From Candidatus Peregrinibacteria bacterium (lineage in GTDB: Bacteria > Patescibacteriota > Gracilibacteria > UBA1369): a stretch of DNA of 64,000 nt. This document shows positions 9,419 through 18,076 of the stretch, in pieces; the first letter of the stretch is position 1; each line of letters begins with the position of its first letter. The notes beneath the pieces are model-generated. The model had not been told where the DNA came from and searched no databases. It worked only from the letters and a program-made list of their open reading frames with translations. The stretch spans positions 949,482-1,013,481 of the forward strand of contig OY970195.1 in NCBI GenBank assembly GCA_963708185.1. The letters are read 5' to 3'. Both the position numbers and the translations under genes were made by a program.

Positions 9419-9446
9419 GTTATGTAACTATTGTTATGTAACTATT
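9419..9446 (-). promoter_or_regulatory. Candidate VapB operator: two tandem copies of a 14-nt unit
   Basis: GTTATGTAACTATT is repeated head-to-tail at 9419-9432 and 9433-9446, 11 nt upstream of the vapB ATG. Each unit contains the inverted half-sites GTTA-N2-TAAC. The repeats overlap the predicted -10 box. Confidence 0.5.
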
Positions 9447-9472
9447 TTAAATCTTTTGATTTTGAAAAGCAA
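9444..9472 (-). promoter_or_regulatory. Sigma70-type promoter of vapBC
   Basis: The minus strand reads TTGCTT (9472-9467), a 17-nt spacer, then TAAAAT (9449-9444). Confidence 0.5.
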
Positions 9473-9495
9473 ACGTTTTCCTTCATCATTGTTCC

Positions 9496-10200
9496 ATGAA
9501 ACTTGCCGTCTGCATTCCGGCGTATAACGAGGAAAAAACCATAGGAGAGGTCATCAAGGCCGTTCCTCATACGATTGACGGTGTTCGTTCCGTGAAAATT
9601 TTCGTGGTGGACGATGGATCGTCGGACAATACCGCCGAAAGAGCCCAGGAAGCCAGCAATGCCGTGGAGGTCGTACGCATCCACCCGAACAAAGGTCTGG
9701 CCAACGCTTTTGTCACGGGTATCCGCACAGCTTTGGAATGGGGCGCGGACCTTATGGTGAATATTGACGCCGACGGCCAGTACCGCGCCGAAGAGATCCC
9801 GGCTTTGATCGCTCCACTTCTTCACGATGAAGCAGACATGGTCATCGGCGACCGCCAGGTTCGTACGTTGCGCTTTATGCCGGTGAGTAAAAAATACGGA
9901 AATATCGTCGGCAGCTGGTTTTTACGAAGGCTGACCGGATCAAAAGTGCGTGACGCTTCGAGCGGGTTCCGGGCATATTCACGCAAGACCGCTGAAACCA
10001 TCCGGATTCAATCCAGCCATACCTACACCCATGAGAACCTCATTCAGGCACATTACCAGCACCTGCGCATCGCCCAGGTCCCGGTGACGTTCATTTCGAG
10101 GACAGACGGCACCTCTTCGCGGCTCATCCGAGGGGTTTTAAAGCATATTTTCAAGAGCTTACAGGGCATTTTTGCGGCCTGGCGACACTGGAGAGGGTGA
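9496..10200 (+). CDS. GT2 glycosyltransferase, polyprenol-phosphate sugar synthase-like (DPM1/GtrB/ArnC type)
   Basis: 234 aa with MKLAVCIPAYNEEKTIGEVI, VVDDGSSDNT and NIDADGQY motifs. It lacks the C-terminal TM helices seen in GtrB. Confidence 0.8.
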   Translation: MKLAVCIPAYNEEKTIGEVIKAVPHTIDGVRSVKIFVVDDGSSDNTAERAQEASNAVEVVRIHPNKGLANAFVTGIRTALEWGADLMVNIDADGQYRAEEIPALIAPLLHDEADMVIGDRQVRTLRFMPVSKKYGNIVGSWFLRRLTGSKVRDASSGFRAYSRKTAETIRIQSSHTYTHENLIQAHYQHLRIAQVPVTFISRTDGTSSRLIRGVLKHIFKSLQGIFAAWRHWRG

Positions 10201-10247
10201 TACGTTCTAAAACGGCTGAAAGCCCGTCTTCGTTGACGGTATTTTAT

Positions 10248-10766
10248 TTATATTGTCTTAAACCCAATTTTTCTTTTTGGTTGTTCTTCAGCGGCGAGCA
10301 ACTGTTTGATGACTTTGAAGATAATCTTGAAGCGATTGTCGTATTTTTGCTCTATTTCCTCTATCTTTTCACGCAGTTCTTTGTTTGTAGCGAGCATTTC
10401 TCGAAGTTTGGTAAAAGTACGCATGATTTGAATATTCACCTGGATTGCCCGTTCGCTGTGAAGGACACTTGACAGCATCGCGACGCCTTGTTCGGTAAAA
10501 ACTAATGATTTTTTCCTTATCCCTTTCTTTTTTGCGCTGGATATCACAATTTGTGATATCCAAATTTGCATTTCCTTCTCGGTTAATTGAAACATGAAAT
10601 CTGCGGGAAAACGCTTTATATTTCTCCTAACAGCCTGGTTCAAAACCCTTGTTTCCACGCCATAAAGAATCGCCAAATCTTTATCAAAAATAACTTTCTT
10701 ACCGCGTAGAAAAAATATTTTTGCCTGGATGATTTCGTCGTGAACGATCTGTTGTGATGATGCCAT
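10248..10766 (-). CDS. ORF6N (KilA-N-related) DNA-binding domain protein
   Basis: 172 aa. FLRGKKVIFDKDLAILYGVETRVLNQAVRRNIKRFPADFMFQLTEKE is the ORF6N signature, followed by a C-terminal coiled coil. AT-richer than the flanks. Confidence 0.75.
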   Translation of the reverse strand: MASSQQIVHDEIIQAKIFFLRGKKVIFDKDLAILYGVETRVLNQAVRRNIKRFPADFMFQLTEKEMQIWISQIVISSAKKKGIRKKSLVFTEQGVAMLSSVLHSERAIQVNIQIMRTFTKLREMLATNKELREKIEEIEQKYDNRFKIIFKVIKQLLAAEEQPKRKIGFKTI

Positions 10767-10851
10767 GGCGTTATTTTAGTGTCGTGGGATGAACGAAAGA
10801 TAAACTTTTCTTAAATTAGCATTGATGGCTTGGCCTAATACATATACAAAA

Positions 10852-10877
10852 GGCCCCCGCCTTTGAGGGCGGGGGCC
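10852..10877 (-). terminator. Rho-independent terminator downstream of the S-layer gene (structurally bidirectional)
   Basis: A 10-bp GC stem (GGCCCCCGCC at 10852-10861 pairing with GGCGGGGGCC at 10868-10877) with a 6-nt loop. It is flanked by AAAA on one side and TTTGTTT on the other. Confidence 0.7.
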
Positions 10878-10925
10878 TTTGTTTGCATGTGAGACTTGCG
10901 TCTTTTATGCGACCGTCAGGTCAAA

Positions 10926-13900
10926 CTATGTTGTGACCTTAGCGGTGTAACCCTGCATAGCCGTCTGGAAGATATACGCGCCAGCACCGAGAATGTCTTG
11001 CTGGACGTTATCGCTCCATTCGAGAGACAGAGGGTCAGAGACGACGCTTGCGGATACCTGGTTACCACCAGCACTTGGAACCATTGTTGAAGTGTCGCAG
11101 ATAGCCTGGAGTTCAACAGTTGTTCCGTTAGCAATGGTGAGACCGTTCGTGTCGAATTCGAATGCTACGAATTCCGTAGCACCACCAGCTGTTGCAACGG
11201 TTGCGAGCGTCTGCGTACCACCAGTGACTTTGTCAAGGCGGCAAGTAGAAGCGTTCAATGCAACGTTACCGGAAAGTTTCATCACGAGCTGGTTGCCAGA
11301 GTCAACCGACAAACCTGCAATTGTAGCAGCTGTGTTGGAAACGTTTCCGTTTGCAGCGAATTTGACCTGGTCGCCGACAGCCGTAACGTTCATGTCAAGC
11401 AACACAGTGTTGCTGTTCGGACTGACTGCAGGAGCGCCAACCGGTACAAGATTTGCGACCTGAGGGATCGAACGGAAGAGCTTGCTGAGGTTGCCATGGA
11501 GCGGGAAGCGTGCGCTACCAGCAGCTGGCAAGAATGCAGCACCTGTTCCAAGAACCGGAACAACAGTATCGGCTGCGTTGTCGCAGACGGTAGTAGAACC
11601 GCCGAGGGTCGGATCAACGCAGAGGCTGTATCCGGTACCAGCGGCATTGCTGTACATATCGCCCTGGACTACGTCTGTACCTGCAGGGGATGCGACGGCA
11701 ATGGTTGAACGTGTCACCGTAGCCCCGATGTTATGGGAAGCAACGACCGAGTTGGCGAAGCCTCTGATGACGTTGGCAGCCGGGAGAACCGCCGGGTCGG
11801 TGCTTACGTTCGCACCATTGTAGAACATGACTTCATTGTCAACATTGAAGACGTCACCCGCAGTGAAGGTAAGAGTTGAAGGGTTGGCGAATTCAATATT
11901 TTCAGTGGAGTGACCAGCCGTCAAGGTTGTGGTCATCGCCACGTTGAGTGCGCTGGTCTGGACGCCGGTGGTAGCCGGGTCGAGATCACCTGCGTATTTT
12001 GGCGCGATGTTTTCACCTGCTCCGCTGGTCACCTTGGTGAGGTTCAAGAGAGCCAAACCAATGTTGGAACCGGAAAGCGGCTGGGTCGTACCGTCGGTGT
12101 TCACCGTGCCGGTCGTAGCCAGTGCGCAGAGTGTGTAGGTTGCGTTCGAAGTCACAGCCTCGTTGAGGTCGGTGATCTTCACGACAGCGCCTGTACCAAC
12201 CGGGGTCGGAACATAACCGCTGACGCTACCAACCTGTGTACCACCGCCGCAAAGATTAGCATTTGGGTTCTTGTAGAGTTTGACATTGCTGATGGTTGAA
12301 CCAGATGTGCTTTCTACAGCGAACTGCATGTCTTTGAGCGTTGGGTTTTCATTCACGGAAGTGAATGTCCAGCGGCCGACTTCAACCTGCTGAGCACCTG
12401 CCAAAGCGGCAGAGTTCGAGCTGGAAGATGTGGCAACCGTACCGCTACCGCTACCAGCGACAGTCATGACGACTGAACCGGCACCGAGACCGCCGTTTTG
12501 AGCGTTGGTCACGATTGCGGAAGAAGCAACGGTCTGACCGTTCTGATCAATTGCCGTCACGTTCGTGTTGGAAGTGAGAGCAAACTTGATGTCGTTACCG
12601 GTAACACCGGTTGGAGCGAACGGAGCGCTGTTGCTGATATGACCCTTCAAGGTCAGGTTGAGTGTCTGACCCTTTGGAACAACCAGGTTGAGGTTGTTGA
12701 ACACAACGGTACCGTCGGCAGCGTTGATGTTCTTGAAGTCAGAGATCTTTGTTGTGCCATCGTAGAGGGCAACGCTGTTGTCCACGATGTTGTTTGCCTG
12801 AACGCCGTTTTCAGCGCCGGCAACGAACGTACCATCCTGGTTGTTATCAACGTAACCCGTCAACGTGATGCTCTTCAGGGTGTTGTCCAAAGACGAACCA
12901 GATGTAAGAGCGAGACCGACCAATGCAGCATCGTTTGTACCGCGGGTGTAGGTCTGAGTTGTCGGAGTTGTAGCAAGGTTGATGGTAAGACCGGAAGCGC
13001 TGACATTGAAGAGGTTACCGGCAATATCTGCGTTCGGGGTGATGGAGTTGGCACCCAACTGGTCGCCGTTCACGTCGCGAACCGCGTCGGACTGGCCTAC
13101 CAGGTTCAAGAGAGTACATTTGAGCTGATCGCCATCCATGGCTGCGTTGGACGCAACATTGACGGTGACGGCAGCGTTGATGCTTTCACCCGAGTGGATG
13201 GTTGCATCACCGGAAAGGATAACATCCTGAGATGAATCGCTTCCTGCAGTGCTCAATTCGTTGGATCCGAGCAGTGTTCCGCCCAGAGTACCGTCAGAAT
13301 TGATTTCTGCGAGTTTGATGAGGGTGTAGTTTGCAGTACCTGCGGTGTTATCAATGAGACCATTGAGTGGACCTACGGCACTTGTGATAGCGAGGTTAAC
13401 TTTCCAGTCTTTGATGTCAACGTCATCGCCAGCCTGGTTCGTAATGGTCAGGTCGAGACAGTGAGCTGTCTGCTGGCCGATTGCGATATCGCCTGCGGAA
13501 GGACCGTTGAAGGCAATGTTGAAGGCTGAACCCTTGACGGTTACATCAGAGAAGTTTGCAGGAGCTGAACCGTCGAATCCGGCAGTGTTGACCTGTTCGC
13601 CGAAGCCGAAGGTGCTACCAACCATGAGAAGGTCGGTGGTTTCATCAAGATAGGTCTTGATGTCATCTCCGTTGCGACCCTTTACGTCAGCAGTGACGAA
13701 GAAGATCTTTCTCTGGCCGCGTCCGATCTTGTATGGAGCGGTTGGAACGAAGGTTGCAAGGCTGTTGGTCGTAATGCTGTCAACAGTTGCAATTGGAGTT
13801 GTAGCGTTGTCCTCAGAGTACAGCTTGAGGTTGCTCAAGTCTGTCGGGCGGATGGAACCGCGAACATAGAGGGCAATGCGCTGAAGGTTTGCATCTTCAC

Positions 13901-15410
13901 TTCCATCCATTTCGATCTGGAACTGGGAAATGCGGGCCTGCTGCTGGCCAACGGTGATTTCATCAAGAGAACCGTTTGCAGTGAGGGTAGCAGTACCTAC
14001 TGTACCACCTGCAACAGTCATCAAGTTGCCGTAAAGCGGGAATGAACCGCCTACGCTGCTAGCATTTGTCGTGATAGCAGTCACAGCGTCGAGACCGAAG
14101 GAGTGCTGAGCAGCACCCTGAGCACCTACTGAAAGATCAGCAACCACGCAGAGTTTTGCCATACCACCAGCGGCAACGCTTACATTGATGTTGTTGAATT
14201 CAACGTTCTGAGTTTCAGAGTTGATCGTTCTGCCAGTTGTTAAACGAGCAGCATCGTTGTAAAGGTAGACGTTTGAGAAGTCACCCTGTGAACCAGGGCC
14301 ACTGCGGTGAACAACCAAAGATTGTACAACCGTAGCGTCGGAACCCGCGGAGAAATCCCAGCAGGTGAAGACGATACCGGAAGCACCCTTTGGAGCTGCC
14401 ATAGCAGCCGGAGTGTTCGGATCAAGAGCAACCGTCAAAGGACCGCCAACTCCAAGTGGGTTGTACCCATTGAAGTTTACGATGCCATTGTCGAGAGCTT
14501 TGCCGCTCGCAGACATCACACCGGTAACGGTGAGAGTATAAGGTCTGTTCGCAGTCTGTGAAGCTGTGGTCAAAGTGACCGTGTCAGCGCTCACGGAAGC
14601 AGCTGTTACAGCGAGGGTGTTGTTATTAGCATCCATAATGCTGTAGTTGGCTGGATCAGCACCGGTCGTAGGATCTACATCCTGGCTGAACATAACGTCA
14701 ACCATGGTTGCAGAAGTCGCTGAAGCTGTCTGAGCATTGAATGCGCCAGATGAGCCACGTGGTACTGGGTTCATGGCACCAACAACCATCTTCGCGATTT
14801 CAGCGCGGTTGATGTTCTTGCCAGGACCAAAAGTACCATCAGGGTAACCGTCAACAACAGAGTTGTTGTAGAGGGTTTCGATGAAGCTGTAAGACCAGCG
14901 ATCGGTTCCGACATCAGGGAAGTGTGGACCTCCGGTTGTGTCTGATGTCATAGCCATTGCGTTTACAGCCATCTTTGCGAACTGTTCGCGAGTGACTGAA
15001 TCGCCAGGGCCGAAATTGCCGGTAAGGTTACCAGCAGTATCTTTGTAACCGCTAACAACACCATTTTTAGCAGCGGTTTCAACATATTGATAATACCAAG
15101 CGCCAGGAGCTACATCCTTGAAGGATGGACCGGCAGAAGTGTCGATTGTCAAACCAGCAGCCTCAACGAGAAGCTTTGCAGCTTCCGCACGATTTGCGAG
15201 GTCAGCAGGTCTGTACATTGTCTGTGTGGTATCGAGGATACCAGCAGCAGCAAGTTGTTCTACATAGGTGTAGAACCATGCATCAGCTGGAACGTCTGTG
15301 TAGGTAGCCGCTTGAGCAACACCGCTTACCGCAAAAGATGCGAGCAATGTCACGATGCTAAGGCTAGCTACAAAACGGCGAGCTTTTTGCACACCTGTAG
15401 CAATATCCAT
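10926..15410 (-). CDS. S-layer protein with three N-terminal SLH domains
   Basis: 1494 aa. Signal peptide ..LLASFAVSGVAQA. SLH repeats are YTDVPADAWFYTYVEQL.., FKDVAPGAWYYQYVETA.. and FPDVGTDRWSYSFIETL..NRAEIAKMVV. The remainder is T/N/A/G/V/S-rich, nearly charge-free and beta-rich. Confidence 0.85.
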   Translation of the reverse strand: MDIATGVQKARRFVASLSIVTLLASFAVSGVAQAATYTDVPADAWFYTYVEQLAAAGILDTTQTMYRPADLANRAEAAKLLVEAAGLTIDTSAGPSFKDVAPGAWYYQYVETAAKNGVVSGYKDTAGNLTGNFGPGDSVTREQFAKMAVNAMAMTSDTTGGPHFPDVGTDRWSYSFIETLYNNSVVDGYPDGTFGPGKNINRAEIAKMVVGAMNPVPRGSSGAFNAQTASATSATMVDVMFSQDVDPTTGADPANYSIMDANNNTLAVTAASVSADTVTLTTASQTANRPYTLTVTGVMSASGKALDNGIVNFNGYNPLGVGGPLTVALDPNTPAAMAAPKGASGIVFTCWDFSAGSDATVVQSLVVHRSGPGSQGDFSNVYLYNDAARLTTGRTINSETQNVEFNNINVSVAAGGMAKLCVVADLSVGAQGAAQHSFGLDAVTAITTNASSVGGSFPLYGNLMTVAGGTVGTATLTANGSLDEITVGQQQARISQFQIEMDGSEDANLQRIALYVRGSIRPTDLSNLKLYSEDNATTPIATVDSITTNSLATFVPTAPYKIGRGQRKIFFVTADVKGRNGDDIKTYLDETTDLLMVGSTFGFGEQVNTAGFDGSAPANFSDVTVKGSAFNIAFNGPSAGDIAIGQQTAHCLDLTITNQAGDDVDIKDWKVNLAITSAVGPLNGLIDNTAGTANYTLIKLAEINSDGTLGGTLLGSNELSTAGSDSSQDVILSGDATIHSGESINAAVTVNVASNAAMDGDQLKCTLLNLVGQSDAVRDVNGDQLGANSITPNADIAGNLFNVSASGLTINLATTPTTQTYTRGTNDAALVGLALTSGSSLDNTLKSITLTGYVDNNQDGTFVAGAENGVQANNIVDNSVALYDGTTKISDFKNINAADGTVVFNNLNLVVPKGQTLNLTLKGHISNSAPFAPTGVTGNDIKFALTSNTNVTAIDQNGQTVASSAIVTNAQNGGLGAGSVVMTVAGSGSGTVATSSSSNSAALAGAQQVEVGRWTFTSVNENPTLKDMQFAVESTSGSTISNVKLYKNPNANLCGGGTQVGSVSGYVPTPVGTGAVVKITDLNEAVTSNATYTLCALATTGTVNTDGTTQPLSGSNIGLALLNLTKVTSGAGENIAPKYAGDLDPATTGVQTSALNVAMTTTLTAGHSTENIEFANPSTLTFTAGDVFNVDNEVMFYNGANVSTDPAVLPAANVIRGFANSVVASHNIGATVTRSTIAVASPAGTDVVQGDMYSNAAGTGYSLCVDPTLGGSTTVCDNAADTVVPVLGTGAAFLPAAGSARFPLHGNLSKLFRSIPQVANLVPVGAPAVSPNSNTVLLDMNVTAVGDQVKFAANGNVSNTAATIAGLSVDSGNQLVMKLSGNVALNASTCRLDKVTGGTQTLATVATAGGATEFVAFEFDTNGLTIANGTTVELQAICDTSTMVPSAGGNQVSASVVSDPLSLEWSDNVQQDILGAGAYIFQTAMQGYTAKVTT

Positions 15411-15784
15411 AGGGGATAGTGAATTAGGAAATAAAGATAGATAAACAGAGATAGATATCGAAGGAAGATTCTAAGGCCTTGCCCGAAGGCTTGAATATAA
15501 GGCCTGCGTAAATTTAAGTATAAATTTAACGAGAGAGCTTTTGGCTCTTACGAGTATATAAGGAGTACCTTAACCATTTTCCTTGTTTTCAAAGATCGAA
15601 TTGGTATATCAACTGTCAGTATTTAGTTTGATGCGCTCGGCGGTGGCAGAGCCACACGCCTGCGCCCTCGCGCCATGCGCTCGGTGGTGCATTCGGATGC
15701 TTTTTTCGGCTTCTCTCTCAGGTTCGTACACGACATTCAGCACAGGGCACAAGTGCCCCTGTCCTGAAATGAGGTTCACGCGAA

Positions 15785-15813
15785 AATTTATCAAAACGGG
15801 CTATTAAAGTCAA
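15785..15813 (-). promoter_or_regulatory. Candidate sigma70 promoter of the S-layer gene (implies a ~365-nt leader)
   Basis: The minus strand reads TTGACT (15813-15808), a 17-nt spacer, then TAAATT (15790-15785). I found no better match in the 660-nt intergenic region. Confidence 0.4.
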
Positions 15814-16030
15814 CAAATCACAGTTGGCCTTTTCCGCAAGGAGCCTAGCATTTTTCCTTATGGGGGCCGGTCGGATTTTTGCTTGTCATTGCACTAATCT
15901 TTTTCGTGAGTGACTCGCCTTGTAGAACTTAAAAGGAATTTATTTGTTTCAAAAAATAGGGTGACAAAATTTAAAAATGTTTTATCCTTAGGTGCTTTTT
16001 GTATTTTTTGGGACCGTTGGGGTCGGTGAC

Positions 16031-16059
16031 TTGAAAGGCGGGTGGCGAGAGGGTATCAT
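16031..16059 (+). promoter_or_regulatory. Candidate promoter for tRNA-Glu (and dnaJ)
   Basis: TTGAAA (16031-16036), a 17-nt spacer, then TATCAT (16054-16059). The mature tRNA 5' end lies 14 nt downstream. Confidence 0.45.
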
Positions 16060-16072
16060 CTCGAGGCTACTT

Positions 16073-16148
16073 GGTCCTATCGTCTAGTGGCCCAGGACGC
16101 CACCCTCTCACGGTGGAAACACGGGTTCGACTCCCGTTAGGACTACCA
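16073..16148 (+). tRNA. tRNA-Glu (anticodon CUC), CCA encoded
   Basis: A cloverleaf can be drawn by hand: acceptor GGTCCTA/TAGGACT, a D arm identical to E. coli tRNA-Glu (GTCTAGTGGCCCAGGA), anticodon stem CCACC/GGTGG with loop CTCTCAC, T arm ACGGG-TTCGACT-CCCGT, then ACCA. Confidence 0.9.
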
Positions 16149-16178
16149 AAAAATGCTTTCCGGATTTTAACTGACATC

Positions 16179-17318
16179 ATGGCAAAAGACCTTTACGAAA
16201 TACTGGGAGTCGCCAAAGGAGCTTCCGATCAGGAGATTAAAAAAGCTTACCGCAAGCTGGCTTTGCAATACCATCCCGATAAAAACAAAGGCAATAAAGA
16301 TGCCGAGACCAGGTTCAAGGAGATCAACCAGGCCTATGAAGTGCTTTCCGACAAGCAAAAACGCGCCCAGTACGATCAGTTCGGAGCCGCCGGAGCACAA
16401 GGCTTTGGAGGCGGCGGGCAGGGTTTCAACGGCCAGAACTTCGATTTTTCGCAATTCCAGGATATGGGCGGGTTCGCGGATATATTTGAAACGTTTTTCG
16501 GCCAGCAATCCGGACGTTCGCAGCGCAGGAAGCGCGGTCCGACGCCGGGGGAACACATCGAGTTCGAACTGAACATCAGTTTTGAGGAAGCGGTATTTGG
16601 AACCGAAAAAGAGCTTCTGGTGGAAAAAACCATCACCTGCGACCGCTGCAAGGGCACGGGCGCCGAACCGGGCAGTAAAAGCATCAGCTGTCCTTTGTGT
16701 AGGGGGACCGGAGAGATCCGCACGATACGGCAGACCCTTTTCGGGCAGATGGCGACCTCGCAGATCTGTCCCGACTGTTACGGAGAAGGCCACGTCCATG
16801 AAAAGAAGTGCACGCTCTGCCACGGTTCGACGCGCATCCGCAAGAACGAAAAAGTCCGCGTCAAAATTCCTGCAGGTGTGGACAACGGCTCCACGATCCG
16901 TTTGAGCGGCAAGGGCGAAGCCGGCATGTATGCCGGCGCTTCCGGCGACCTCTACGTCCATATCAAGGTGACGCCGAGCAAGAAGTTCATCCGCAACAAC
17001 TACGATATTCATACGATTGTGAACATCCACCTCATCCAGGCGGTGCTCGGCGACGACGTGGAAGTGGAAACCATCCACGGCAAAGTGAAGTTGAAGATTC
17101 CCGCGGGCACCCAGAGCGGTAAAGTCTTCAAACTCAAAAATTACGGCGTCCAAAAACTGAAGTCCGACGACAAAGGCGACCATTACGTCAAAGTCATCGT
17201 GGATATTCCAAGTAAACTTTCGCGCAAGGAAAAGGAACTTTACACCCAGCTCGCCGAGGAAGCCCACCTTCATACCAGAGGCGGGAAGGATGGTTTGTTC
17301 AGTAAAATCATGGGGTGA
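16179..17318 (+). CDS. dnaJ: Molecular chaperone DnaJ
   Basis: J domain ([14 protein letters not shown]), a G/F-rich linker and four CxxCxGxG zinc motifs ([32 protein letters not shown]). The start is set at ATG 16179; the longer ORF from 16071 runs through the tRNA. Confidence 0.95.
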   Translation: MAKDLYEILGVAKGASDQEIKKAYRKLALQYHPDKNKGNKDAETRFKEINQAYEVLSDKQKRAQYDQFGAAGAQGFGGGGQGFNGQNFDFSQFQDMGGFADIFETFFGQQSGRSQRRKRGPTPGEHIEFELNISFEEAVFGTEKELLVEKTITCDRCKGTGAEPGSKSISCPLCRGTGEIRTIRQTLFGQMATSQICPDCYGEGHVHEKKCTLCHGSTRIRKNEKVRVKIPAGVDNGSTIRLSGKGEAGMYAGASGDLYVHIKVTPSKKFIRNNYDIHTIVNIHLIQAVLGDDVEVETIHGKVKLKIPAGTQSGKVFKLKNYGVQKLKSDDKGDHYVKVIVDIPSKLSRKEKELYTQLAEEAHLHTRGGKDGLFSKIMG

Positions 17319-17352
17319 AGCCGTGTGCGCGGCTGGAATTTTCGATTGCAGC

Positions 17353-17381
17353 TTTTCAGTAAACTCATGTTCGGGTATAAT
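17353..17381 (+). promoter_or_regulatory. Candidate promoter of the CvpA-like gene
   Basis: TTTTCA (17353-17358), a 17-nt spacer, then TATAAT (17376-17381). It lies 28 nt upstream of the ATG at 17409. Confidence 0.45.
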
Positions 17382-17408
17382 TGTGGTCAACTGCTTTAGT
17401 TACTTCCG

Positions 17409-17978
17409 ATGAACCTCCATCTGTCCTGGGATCTTTTCATTCTTGTTTTTTTCGCGGTTGTCGTCGCCTACAGTTTTATTATCGGCAGAAACCAGACGCT
17501 CAAGGTCATCCTCGGGACGTACGTTTCCATTCTGTGCGCGGACGGTCTCGGAAATCTGTTCGCCAGATACCTCGCGCCGTCGCAGGCTTTTCTGCGTTTC
17601 ATGAAACTTTTCGCCGTGGGCAGTGAAGACCAGGCCATCATCTTTTTCAAGGTGCTGATTTTCCTGGTGCTCATCGTTCTGATTTCGATCCGCGGGATGT
17701 TCCAGGTTGAATCGGAAGAGCACGGTTCGATGAGCGTGAGAATCATCGTGCTGTTTTTGCTGGGACTCATGAGCGCGGGGTTGATGATGAGCACGGTGCT
17801 CGTTTTCATTTCCGGCTCTTCGTTGATCGGAACGGATATCACCGGCGGGAATATTCTGCTGGAAGTTTACAACGATTCACGCCTGGTGAGGATCATGGTG
17901 GATTTTGCCAACGTCTGGTTCTTTTTACCCGGAATAGCTTTCATAATTCTCGGCATCCTCCACAAAAAATCGGCTTGA
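17409..17978 (+). CDS. CvpA-like small polytopic membrane protein
   Basis: 189 aa with 4-5 TM segments. The N-terminus WDLFILVFFAVVVAYSFIIGRNQ..ILGTYVSIL resembles the CvpA family. Assignment from memory only. Confidence 0.45.
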   Translation: MNLHLSWDLFILVFFAVVVAYSFIIGRNQTLKVILGTYVSILCADGLGNLFARYLAPSQAFLRFMKLFAVGSEDQAIIFFKVLIFLVLIVLISIRGMFQVESEEHGSMSVRIIVLFLLGLMSAGLMMSTVLVFISGSSLIGTDITGGNILLEVYNDSRLVRIMVDFANVWFFLPGIAFIILGILHKKSA

Positions 17979-18033
17979 AAAACTGAAGCGTCATCCGTAG
18001 AATGATGGGGCTTTTTTCATGTGAAGGCGATTT

Positions 18034-18067
18034 ACGTGGGTCAGTAGCATAAGCTACAGCCCCACGT
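18034..18067 (+). other. Interrupted stem-loop just upstream of tRNA-Lys; it contains a 12-nt copy of the tRNA 5' end
   Basis: The structure is ACGTGGG-tca-GTAGC-ataa-GCTAC-agc-CCCACGT. TGGGTCAGTAGC at 18037-18048 repeats 18076-18087 (tRNA 5' acceptor and D stem). Confidence 0.5.
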
Positions 18068-18076
18068 TGCACTCTT

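Noticed and set aside
15631-15790. The GC-rich island as a known housekeeping RNA (SRP RNA, 6S, tmRNA, RNase P).
   Set aside because: I could not find the SRP helix-8 GNRA/GGAA-AGCA motifs, a tRNA-like end with CCA, or RNase P conserved regions, and the size does not fit. It is kept only as an unclassified structured leader or small RNA candidate.
16071-16178. ORF-track start of dnaJ at TTG 16071.
   Set aside because: These codons run straight through tRNA-Glu (16073..16148). The J domain begins at ATG 16179.
16167-17390. 407-aa ORF antisense to dnaJ. Similar long antisense or shadow ORFs occur opposite pbpC (26099..26992), the A2M gene (28449..29603, 30336..31496, 32442..33293, 33687..34436), ppdK (35976..36950), pcrA (58989..60020), wzm (5790..6617), GT4 (55099..55815) and the M23 gene (50854..51921, 51491..52363).
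   Set aside because: Each one fully overlaps a gene with unambiguous family motifs on the other strand or in another frame. Their translations are low-complexity (R/G/F/V/H-rich) with no recognisable motifs, which is typical of shadow ORFs in GC-balanced coding DNA.
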